The translations under genes were made by a program, and so were the position numbers. Shown here piece after piece: positions 9,288-18,342 of a stretch of DNA of 35,034 nucleotides. Each line of letters opens with the position of its first letter. Position 1 is the stretch's first letter. The notes under the pieces are model-generated. The model ran no database searches and was not told the origin of the DNA. It saw only the letters and a list, made by a program, of their open reading frames with translations. Location: the NCBI GenBank assembly GCA_020184695.1, contig JAANOX010000219.1:1-35034 (forward strand), in the 5' to 3' direction. The DNA comes from Histomonas meleagridis 2922-C6/04-290x. Taxonomy: Eukaryota > Protista > Parabasalia.

Positions 9288-10412
9288 TTAATTTTCATCT
9301 TCTTCCTCTTCTTCTTCACGTTTTCTTTCTCTTTCTTCCTCCTCTTCTGCGCGTCTTCTTTCCCTTTCTTCTTCCTCTTCTTCTCTTCTTCTTTCTTCTT
9401 CAATTCTTTTCCGCTCTTCTTCTTCAGCGATTTTCTCTTTTATGTATTCTTCTGCTTCTTCTCTTTCTTCTTTTGTTACTTCATCTTCATTTAAATATTC
9501 CAATTGCTTAAAGTTATATACAATGTTCAACCATGGCTCTTCTTCATTTTGCATCAAAGGATTTCCATCAACATTTAATTGTTTGAGATTTTCATACTTA
9601 TCTTTGTCGTTAAGTATTTCTAAATCTTTAATTGTTTGAATGTTATTAACTGAAAGATTTAATTCTTGAAGATTTAAGAGTTCGCAATCAAATGAACTTA
9701 ATTTCTTTATGGAGTTCTCAGAGAGATTCAGTTTTCGTAGCGAATTGAGATCTTTGAAGGTTTCGTTTTGGATGAATTTAATATGATTGGAATTAAGATA
9801 AAGACGTTTTAAGTTGAACAAACCACTAAACATTGTAGATTCGAGCTTTCTAAGATTGTTGGAACTTAGTTTTAACGTTTGAAGATTTGGAATTCCGGAA
9901 AATGCATTTGGTGAAATTGTCTTAATTCTATTGTCTGAAAGGTCAAGCTTGGTAAGAAGTGGAAATGGAAGAACTGGCAGAGAACGAATTCGGTTTCCAT
10001 TAAGATTAATAGTTAAAAGATTGGAAATAGGTTTTGGAAATTCTGGTAAAAATTTAATATCGTTGTTATGTAAATCAATGTAAACAGCATCAGTCATATC
10101 GCTTAAAAAAGTTGCTTTTCTGAGTAAATTTGAGGATAAAGATATAAAACGAAGATGAGAATAATTTGAAAGAATTGATGCATCTTTAATTCCAGAATCG
10201 TTCATAACTAATTTTGTGTACGCATATTCCATATCATTAGGGGAATCAAGAATACCTAAATTAGGAATAAGAGTATTTTCATCAAGAATTTCTCCTTCAA
10301 TGTCTTCCTCTTCAATTTTTTCTTCTTCCTCGATTTCTTCTTCCTCCTCCTCTTCCTCATTATTTTTTTCGTTATGAGTTTCTTCTTCAAAAGAGTATTC
10401 TTCTTCTTCCAT
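9288..10412 (-). CDS. Leucine-rich repeat protein, LRRC23/LRGUK-like (flagellar), with acidic N-terminus and charged coiled-coil C-terminus
   Basis: YAYTKL...ILSNYSHLRFISLSSN resembles the LRRC23 N-terminal LRR; about 9 LxxLxLxxN repeats, an LRRcap-like region and Glu-rich ends. Confidence 0.75.
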   Translation of the reverse strand: MEEEEYSFEEETHNEKNNEEEEEEEEIEEEEKIEEEDIEGEILDENTLIPNLGILDSPNDMEYAYTKLVMNDSGIKDASILSNYSHLRFISLSSNLLRKATFLSDMTDAVYIDLHNNDIKFLPEFPKPISNLLTINLNGNRIRSLPVLPFPLLTKLDLSDNRIKTISPNAFSGIPNLQTLKLSSNNLRKLESTMFSGLFNLKRLYLNSNHIKFIQNETFKDLNSLRKLNLSENSIKKLSSFDCELLNLQELNLSVNNIQTIKDLEILNDKDKYENLKQLNVDGNPLMQNEEEPWLNIVYNFKQLEYLNEDEVTKEEREEAEEYIKEKIAEEEERKRIEEERRREEEEEERERRRAEEEEERERKREEEEEEDEN

Positions 10413-10716
10413 CCTGAGTTGGCACTTTTAAAGACGAAATGAAAACATTAACATGAAACGAATAATATTAGGGAATTTTTCACAGAATTTTTTTAAGTTT
10501 AGCACTGCATAATAGCATATGTTTTGTAAAAAGTGATATATAAAATTTTATCTATCATAATTTTTAATTGAAAATTAATTCGTTAAATAATATTCAAAAA
10601 TCGTAAAAAACTTTTATAATATAAAACTTTTTATTATTACTCTATTAAGAAAATTCAGGATTATCTCCCGAAATCAATAAAAATAAAAATAACATGCGAA
10701 AAGAAAAAACAAAAAA

Positions 10717-10788
10717 TGTCCTGATGGGGAATCGAACCCCAATCACAGCCGTGTGAAAGCTGTATCCTAACCGTTAGAAGATCAAGAC
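10717..10788 (-). tRNA. tRNA-Val(CAC)
   Basis: GTCTTGA TC TTCT AACGGTTA GGAT A CAGCT TTCACAC GGCTG TGAT TGGGG TTCGATT CCCCA TCAGGAC A: 7-bp acceptor stem, 5-bp anticodon stem with CAC at 10755-10753, canonical T arm, A73, and an oligo-T Pol III terminator directly downstream. Confidence 0.85.
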
Positions 10789-11278
10789 CAGTTCGAAAAT
10801 ATTCTTCAAGTCTGTAATTTAAATATAAAAATTTCTTGTCGAACTTCAAGGCAGCTAATTCAACATATAATAATTCGATTTCTCCTTAACCAGCTTCAAT
10901 GTCTTGAAAGAAAAGACCATACCAATCCGTTAAAATCACAACGGTATGTTTTAAAATTATCAAAATCTAATGATTCCAATTTTATTTAATTATCGAATAA
11001 ATGAATATCATTAAATATAAATGATGTAAATGAATATTTAATAAATGATATTTACTCACAATATGTTTTTCACATACAAAAAGAACCCAATAAGCAGTTG
11101 TTGCTAATAAACATTTATTTAAACGAAGAAAATTGATTACTAAATAATCCTAACTCATAACGAAACAAAAATACAATATGAAAAAACTGAATTTCATGTT
11201 TTCTTATATAACTTTTAAGTGGAACAAAAACGAAATTAATATTAATATTTAAACATGTTTAATATTTTTTGATCTAAA

Positions 11279-11763
11279 TTAATCACTTACATCTGTATCA
11301 ACTTTAACTAAAGAAGCACAATAAGGACGCAACCAGTTACTTTCAGGAATTGTACTTAAACCAACGCATTCAATATGAAACCATTGAAATGGACATGATT
11401 GATTATCACAATTTACCATATCTCCAATTCTTTGGCCTCTACATATGCAATAGACATCGTCAATTATTATACTTGGGCGTAAATGGATTTTCACCAACAA
11501 TACATCCATCTCGAGCTTTTGGTTTTCTGTTAAGCGTATTTCTTTGATGATTTCTTCTTCGGCATTGTTTAATATTTCAACCAGAGATCTTGCGGCTTCA
11601 ACTCTTTGAGCAGCAAAATCCAAAATTAATTGATACACAGCATCAAGGCCTTCAGTAGAAATAAAACCTTTGCTCTTTTCTGAATGTGTAGTTGAGGGTT
11701 TAATGATATTAGGATCAGAAATAGTTCTTGAAAGTTTTTGGCTGATTCACTCTTAGCTTCCAT
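11279..11763 (-). CDS. ING-family PHD finger protein (frameshift near the 5' end; possibly a pseudogene)
   Basis: C-terminal YCICRGQRIGDMVNCDNQSCPFQWFHIECVGL...W is an ING-type PHD. The ATG at 11763 joins the main frame if one base is added to the T5 run at 11735-11739. Confidence 0.75.
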
Positions 11764-11799
11764 TCGTGAAATATAACTGTACCTACGCTCTATAAGAGT

Positions 11800-12015
11800 A
11801 TGAAGCCTTTCGAGCCCTTGGAGTTAGAAACAAAAAACACCCCTTCAGAGCATGATCACCAAATTGACTATCTTTGTCAGGAAGATTTAACGTATTTGCA
11901 AAACAACTTGAATTATCTCCATCCTGATGTTTGCAAACATAGCATAGAGTTAGTGACTTATGTCATTGAATGTATTTTAATTCTGTTTTACATGGTACAA
12001 ATCATTTTTGAGTGA
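11800..12015 (+). CDS. Small hypothetical protein
   Basis: 71-aa ATG-started ORF lying head-to-head with the ING gene (36 bp apart); no recognisable motif. Confidence 0.3.
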   Translation: MKPFEPLELETKNTPSEHDHQIDYLCQEDLTYLQNNLNYLHPDVCKHSIELVTYVIECILILFYMVQIIFE

Positions 12016-12199
12016 GTAATCAATTTTTAAATTTAATCAGTGTATATTACAAACCCTTAGCAGTTCCTATGTGAAAAATGTCATAGGCTTGTGAGTGTTT
12101 TTAATGTAAAATCATTTTCATCCTCTTTTTTGATGTGCAAAAGAAATTATTGCCAATTTGTCCTCAAAAAAACGAAAACTAAATAAACGTTCTTTTCGA

Positions 12200-13231
12200 A
12201 TGTCTGATTGGGACATTTTTGCTCCTATCCAAGCCAATCAACCAGACCAAAATGATGTTGATGGCACGGATGGAGTTTTTTTCAGGGATGATGATAATGA
12301 GCAAGAAACATTTATTTCACCTTTAAATGATCAATTTGATGAAACAGCAGTTCCTGCATCATTAAATCCAAGACTAATACGAAATAATGATGCAAACCAA
12401 GAAATTGTCTCCAATCATGTTACTTTTGAACCAGAGATTCATTCTTATTGTGAAAAAAAGATTCATATTAACAACGACATTCCGAACTTTAATAGAGGGA
12501 AAGGACGAAATCAACGTCAGCGACGTTTTCGCCGTGATATGAGCGACACAGCCGATGTATCAATTACCACCATTTCCCATGATCTATTAGAAAATGGGTT
12601 TAACAAAACCAAATATAACTCATTTCATAACTCTGCCATTTCCCAGCGTAAGCAAAATGGCATTGGGAAATCACCCGACATGAATTCATTATATTATTTC
12701 TGGTGTTATTATTTACGCAATCACTATGATGAAGCAATGTATAAAGAATTTTATACCATTGCAAAAGAAGACGCTGAACATGGAAGTCATTATGGCATTG
12801 AATGTTTTTTCAGGTTTTGTTCTTATGGACTTGAAACAAACTTCAATCCATCCGTGTTCAAAGATTTCCAACTCGAAGCACTTTGCGATTATAGAAATCG
12901 CAACTCCAAATATGGAATCGAGAAGCTTCGTGGCTTTCTCGAGAACCAAAAACTTGGAATCGAAATCAAAATGCTTCCAGAAGTTGAAGTTGTAATGAAT
13001 CAATTCCCAACAATTGAATCATTTCAAACTGATAAAAAGATTAAGTCAAAAAGTATTCCAAAACAAAGTAATAACTTCTTGAAGGCAAATAATGGTAATC
13101 CAAGAGGTAGAGGAGGAAGACAGTTCGCACACAGAGGCCAACAAAAGAACATAAGAGGTGCAAGACAAGCAAACGAAAAGAAGACACAACCTTCTTCCGC
13201 TCCAAAGTTCGCATCGCATTTGGTTAGCTAA
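12200..13231 (+). CDS. LARP1-like protein carrying the DM15 cap/TOP-binding domain
   Basis: MNSLYYFWCYYLRNHYDEAMYKEFYTIAKEDAEHGSHYGIECFFRFCSYGLE...YGIEKL aligns by eye with the LARP1 DM15 repeats. The ATG at 12200 is preferred to the track's TTG at 12158. Confidence 0.88.
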   Translation: MSDWDIFAPIQANQPDQNDVDGTDGVFFRDDDNEQETFISPLNDQFDETAVPASLNPRLIRNNDANQEIVSNHVTFEPEIHSYCEKKIHINNDIPNFNRGKGRNQRQRRFRRDMSDTADVSITTISHDLLENGFNKTKYNSFHNSAISQRKQNGIGKSPDMNSLYYFWCYYLRNHYDEAMYKEFYTIAKEDAEHGSHYGIECFFRFCSYGLETNFNPSVFKDFQLEALCDYRNRNSKYGIEKLRGFLENQKLGIEIKMLPEVEVVMNQFPTIESFQTDKKIKSKSIPKQSNNFLKANNGNPRGRGGRQFAHRGQQKNIRGARQANEKKTQPSSAPKFASHLVS

Positions 13232-13570
13232 ATCATCTTTATGAATTCATTTTTTGTGATTAAAAACAAATTAATCAATTTATAAATTCTGTGAAAAATT
13301 TATATTTATCATCAATATTGATAAGAATGTGGGAAAGTTTATTAAGTAAAGACCACATTATATTTATCAATGTTGATAGAATGTGTTCATACGCATTGAC
13401 AAAATCGATTTTAAGAAATAACCATATAAATTACATGGTAAAATCTAGTTAAGGCTTTTGCCAAATTATCACATAATTCCAAATAGTTTTCGAATAAGGA
13501 AAACTGACATGACATGTTATGTGAATTAGGCCACCCCATTATTAGCTAATTAAACTCTCCCACAATAAAA

Positions 13571-15067
13571 ATGTGGTCTTTACTTAATAAACTTGAAAAA
13601 TTCATGGCACCAACAAACACAAATAATAACCTTACAGAATTCAAGAAATCTTGTGATGTTGTCTTGGAAAATATAATGGTTGATGATATAAATGATTCAA
13701 TTACCTTTATTGGATTTCTTAACAATATTCAGGATTATTTAACACAAGAGCTTGAATATGAAGACGTTCCATGTATGGCTTATTTTTTGAATGAATCCAT
13801 TCTTCAAAAAATTGTTGACTTGGTTAACAAAGATCTTCCACCAGCTCATGTTGAGCCTCTTTTTTCATTCTTTATGGCTTTTGTTACCACAGGTCTTAAC
13901 AAATATTTTGCTCAAATTCACATTCATCGTCCGTTCACACAATTATTATCAAAGCTTGAAACGATTTACTTGATTGATGGTGCTAAAACAAGTCGTTTTG
14001 CAGTTGAACTTTGGAATAAATTGAAAGTTAAACCAGTTTATTTAGAAATGATGACAGATGGTCATTCATATCCACTTATTGACTTTTTCTGCACTTCAGC
14101 ACTTATCCCCGAAAAAGAACACAACTATGCTCGTGACATTATTTTGTCTATAATGTTTCCATCTGAAGATTCACTTCCAGATATATTCCCGAAATATATT
14201 GAAGAGAAATTCTATCCTCAAATTTCTGATTTTATCATAGCAACAATTCAATGTGTTACTACCATCCAATTCAAAGGATCTCTTACGTCACTTTTAAGTT
14301 GGGTTGATCAACTTCTTCAACTCGCCAAATCATTTGATAGCTGGAAGGTCATTCAAGAAATACTTAAGCTTTCTGCTTCACAACAGATGCTTGGTTTCTC
14401 TTTTCTTCTTTCATATTTTTCAGCTCCTGTCATTCATGAAAAAGTGCTTGAAATTTCGGTTTCTAAAGAAGTGCTTCAAACCGTCGCAGAATGTCTCAAT
14501 TCTAATGACGATACGTCTCAAATTTCTGGCTTAGTTTTCTTGAAGACGTTATTAACTTGTGATTGTGACTTTTCATTTTTACTTCCGCCAAAGCCCACGG
14601 AAGCTTGTGACGTGTTATCCAATCTACCTGTTGAATGGTTGATACAATGCGATGGTTCAACATCAATGGAATCATATCAAAGTGACGCAGTTTCACGCGT
14701 TTTGTTCTTTGATGGGATCAGAAAAGACGGAAACAACAAAGAACTTTTTGAACAAATTTTGGGGTTATTGAAACGGTTTAATTCAATTTCGTTAACGGTC
14801 TGCTTATCGGTAACCCAATTAATAACTGAATTTGTGTCAATTGCTCCTGATTTAATTTCAAAGGATTTGGTTGACGCATACGCAGTTGCAATAAAACAGT
14901 ACGCAAATGTGCCGTTTTTCGAAATGCCAAATGAAAAATCATCTGATTGCCCTGAAGTAAGAGCTGCAATACTGGCAGAATTCGGAAAGGAAATACATAC
15001 AACTTTTATTGCGTATGAAAAAATTCGATCTGCTTCTTCTTCTATCAGTCAAATTGAATTTGATTAA
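13571..15067 (+). CDS. FHIP/FAM160 (RAI16-like) family protein
   Basis: PCMAYFLNESILQKIVDLVNKDLPP...FF...IHRPFTQLL resembles the FHIP N-terminal motif (CLEYLL...IL...YPPG...VHRPV.KLL); all-helical protein. Confidence 0.7.
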   Translation: MWSLLNKLEKFMAPTNTNNNLTEFKKSCDVVLENIMVDDINDSITFIGFLNNIQDYLTQELEYEDVPCMAYFLNESILQKIVDLVNKDLPPAHVEPLFSFFMAFVTTGLNKYFAQIHIHRPFTQLLSKLETIYLIDGAKTSRFAVELWNKLKVKPVYLEMMTDGHSYPLIDFFCTSALIPEKEHNYARDIILSIMFPSEDSLPDIFPKYIEEKFYPQISDFIIATIQCVTTIQFKGSLTSLLSWVDQLLQLAKSFDSWKVIQEILKLSASQQMLGFSFLLSYFSAPVIHEKVLEISVSKEVLQTVAECLNSNDDTSQISGLVFLKTLLTCDCDFSFLLPPKPTEACDVLSNLPVEWLIQCDGSTSMESYQSDAVSRVLFFDGIRKDGNNKELFEQILGLLKRFNSISLTVCLSVTQLITEFVSIAPDLISKDLVDAYAVAIKQYANVPFFEMPNEKSSDCPEVRAAILAEFGKEIHTTFIAYEKIRSASSSISQIEFD

Positions 15068-15253
15068 AAGTATTTATCATTAAATTTTAAAGTTTTTTCG
15101 ATAACAATTTGACAATTTGAAACCTTTTGGATCCTTTTTACAGAGATATAATGAATGAAATAAATATTTTTAGAATTGTGATATATCATCATAATCGTTC
15201 AAAAGGGCACCCCGCCTGTTAACGGTTCGAAGTCGTTTAATCTTCTGCAATTA

Positions 15254-16495
15254 ATGAATCAACCTTTGTTTGGTCAAGGCAACCAATTTTTCAAAACAAC
15301 AAGCACAAGTAATCCATCTTCCACAACATCATCATCAACAAGTACAAGTAATCCATTTTCCACAACATCATCATCAACAAGCACAAGTAATCCATTTTCC
15401 ACAACAACATCATCAACAAGCACAAGTAATCCATTTTCCACAACAACATCATCAACAAACACAAGTAATCCATTTTCCACAGCATCATCATCAACAAGTG
15501 CTACAAGTAATCCACCTTCCACAGAACAATCAAAAAGTACTTTAGGCTCTGGACTTTTCACAAACACACAATCGGTTCAACCGCAAAAAGTAAAGCGAGT
15601 GTGCCCAAATGAAATTATGGATTTTATTTCTCATAAAACAGATGACCTCAAACCCCCCTTCGTTCGTGATGAGGTAATAATGTGGAGTGTTATTCTAGAA
15701 AAATCGCAAAACAATGAAAAAATTGAAAAACTAGAATATGAATTCCCACCAGCAGTTACCAAACCTACAGAGCAAAAGCAAACCACTGTCGGATTCCAAT
15801 CTTCAACCACAAAACAGGCACAACCTGAACAAAAAATTCAAGTTAAATATGAGAATTCTTTTGATGCAGTTTCCCAAGAACCAGCACCAATTCTTACATC
15901 TGCTCCATATTTCCTTCCGACAGAAAAGGTTGGTAGCAAAAAGAAAAGTAGTCTTGATTTTTCTCATTTTGTATCACACAAAACAACAAAGCCCATTCAA
16001 CACAAAGAAAACTTCAGCAATTTGTTCCTTCCTCAAGTTTCTCCTGTTTTGGACTCTTCAATTGAAAGTACAAGCGACATAAATGAGTGGGAACCACTTC
16101 GTATTACACCAGAGCAAATTAAATTTGTTAGCGAAATCAAATTTGATGCGGCGGTTAATGTCACCGATACAAATTTGCCGCCAAATCATTTGAAATGTTA
16201 TAATGATGAAGGCGAAATATACTTTTTACATATACAAAATATACCTGATAGTACTCTTAAACAAAATGTTGATATATCAACACATTTCATAAGTGTTTCA
16301 GATGAGTTGAAAAATCAATTGGGACCGGCAATTATAACAATAAATAAAATGAAACTTGAATTGGAAGAAGATCCAGAAAGCTACTTGCAAAGGAAATGCC
16401 AAGAAATGAAATTGGATTTCATATCATTCCAAAAGGAAACGGAAAATTTTTCCTTCTTCGCTTGTGACTTTGAAAATGTTCCTTTTCAATTTTAA
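15254..16495 (+). CDS. Nup98/Nup145N-like nucleoporin
   Basis: LFG/GLF motifs and Ser/Thr-rich repeats at the N-terminus; the C-terminal YLQRKCQEMKLDFISFQKETENFSFFACDF resembles the Nup98 autopeptidase (Nucleoporin2) domain. Confidence 0.6.
   Translation: MNQPLFGQGNQFFKTTSTSNPSSTTSSSTSTSNPFSTTSSSTSTSNPFSTTTSSTSTSNPFSTTTSSTNTSNPFSTASSSTSATSNPPSTEQSKSTLGSGLFTNTQSVQPQKVKRVCPNEIMDFISHKTDDLKPPFVRDEVIMWSVILEKSQNNEKIEKLEYEFPPAVTKPTEQKQTTVGFQSSTTKQAQPEQKIQVKYENSFDAVSQEPAPILTSAPYFLPTEKVGSKKKSSLDFSHFVSHKTTKPIQHKENFSNLFLPQVSPVLDSSIESTSDINEWEPLRITPEQIKFVSEIKFDAAVNVTDTNLPPNHLKCYNDEGEIYFLHIQNIPDSTLKQNVDISTHFISVSDELKNQLGPAIITINKMKLELEEDPESYLQRKCQEMKLDFISFQKETENFSFFACDFENVPFQF
15299..15522 (+). repeat. Coding tandem repeat, 39-nt unit (TSTSNPFSTTSSS), about 5.5 copies
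   Basis: Unit ACAAGCACAAGTAATCCATTTTCCACAACATCATCATCA repeated head to tail; it also explains several spurious repetitive ORFs in other frames. Confidence 0.95.
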
Positions 16496-16779
16496 ATGTA
16501 ATAGAAATTTAATGAAATAAAAAAATTAATTATAAATTTGCATTTTGATATCATGTACATAGAAGCAAAAGTAAAAATGGTTCGTCAACACAATCACATC
16601 GAAAGGTGTTTTTAAAGTTTTTTAATTCAGAAAGGCGTCTTTTCTGATCACTTAAATTTCGCATAAGATATGCAGAGGAGTGCAATCTTCCCATTTCTAT
16701 TTTAAAAGCCTTTAAAATCTAAAAGTAAATTAAATGTACATTGTATAACAATAAACAGAGAGGAATAAAAGAATCTTCT

Positions 16780-17149
16780 GATCAATTTTGCAAAATAATT
16801 ATTTTAAAATTACAAAAAATTGTATTCGATATGATCGATTTCGAAAGAAATTGGTAACTTTTATTAACGTTCATCATATAGTTCGAAGCATCGTTTTAGA
16901 ATTTCCTCTTTATTTCTGGAAGGAAGCAATTGATGAATTTTTTCAAAATCACCTTGATAGTTATAATAATATAATTTTGCAAATTTTTTTGAAATTCTCA
17001 GAATATCTTCTTGCTTTGGGCTTGAGGATTGAGAGCGACCCCATTTCCTGAATCATCCCTCCAGCGAACGTATTATGGCTTGTTGGTTTGTAGAATTGAT
17101 CGATATGAGATTGTTTTAATTTTTTGATTTGGGCCTTCTGACGACCCAT
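16780..17149 (-). pseudogene. Frameshifted coding relic, possibly the N-terminal part of a P-element-like transposase
   Basis: MGRQKAQ...KARRYSENFKKICK then, after a frameshift, LYYYNYQGDFEKIHQLLPSR; loosely resembles the RRYS...LPS helix-turn-helix region of P/THAP transposases. Confidence 0.25.
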
Positions 17150-18342
17150 TATTCTTTGGTTATTATTTTTTTTTCCCTTTTTTGTTTGTTTAATTGCTTG
17201 GCATGTCTAGCAGCAGATGGATCTTTTGGAATCCCAAAAAAAGTGCGCGGTGAAATGTGATGTGAAATACCGGAAATAATGATATTGATTGATCGGAAGA
17301 TTCAAGAGAATGATACTCAAAATTGATCAGAAGATTAAAGTTTTCGCTTACAAGGAGGATAAAGCAAATACGATAATTTATTTTGGACATATTAATTTTT
17401 ACTTCAAAATAAAATTCATCGATTTATCCTTTTTGGAACATGATATGTTTCAAACTTTGAGAAAAATTGCTTTACCGCATGATTCATTGGATTTTTTTAG
17501 TATCAACCCCTATGGACACTATTTTTATCGATATTGGATTAAATTATGTTCAAATATTCGAAAAAATGACTTAATTTTTTTCGAAATTGCTTAAAATAAT
17601 AAAATTATATTTCTTTAAAAGACTGCTCATAAATCTATATATTATTTACCATTATATTGAAAATAGTATCAATAATTCAAAAAATATGTATAATATTATA
17701 TTTCATAAATAATTTCGATCAAATCAGAAAAATCCTATCGTCTGACATTGTCCTCTTCTAGATATGCTCATGGATTTCGTCCATAATTTATCTAAAAGTG
17801 CTTACATTAAGACAAGATGATTTTTTGAATTGAATTTTTTTATACAATTTTGATCAATGCGAAACGACAATTATCACACACTTTATTTCATTTTAATATT
17901 ATATGATACAAAACGACACTTATTTTATTCAATGTTATTAATTTAATTTCACTTGGCGTAAAGAGTCACTCAATGAAAAAAATTTGAAAGCATAAACGAT
18001 ACAATATCGTTTCTATCGTTATGTAAAATCTACAAAAAGTCGAGTGAAAAAAAATGAATGATCAATAATCGTGAGCACGTTAAAAATGTCACTTTTTAGG
18101 GGTTTCCGACAAAATTTTACCCAAAATCTCTGATCGGATAAAAGAAAAAAAAATGACCAATGACCAAAAGGGTAGATGGTACGATTAAATACAAATATTT
18201 TGTATTCTGGGACTAAAAATAATATAGTGTACTCAATAGATTTCCATTAAACATTAAGAGTAAATAATACTATGAATAATAATCAATTATTTGTTGTCAT
18301 GAATTTTTCATATTGTTTTTCACAAAAATTATCATCAAATTA

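Noticed and set aside
10717-10788. tRNA-Glu(TTC) call from the CTTTCAC loop
   Set aside because: That register leaves the anticodon stem unpaired or needs a 4-nt insertion; the CAC register gives a clean 5-bp stem and 7-nt loop.
15270-15567. Repetitive ORFs in other frames (QVIHFPQHHH, VVENGLL, MMMLWKMDY)
   Set aside because: By-products of the 39-nt coding repeat in the Nup98-like gene.
17289-17594. 101-aa plus-strand ORF
   Set aside because: Non-ATG start in the track, no motif, lies in decayed DNA; cannot be supported as a gene.
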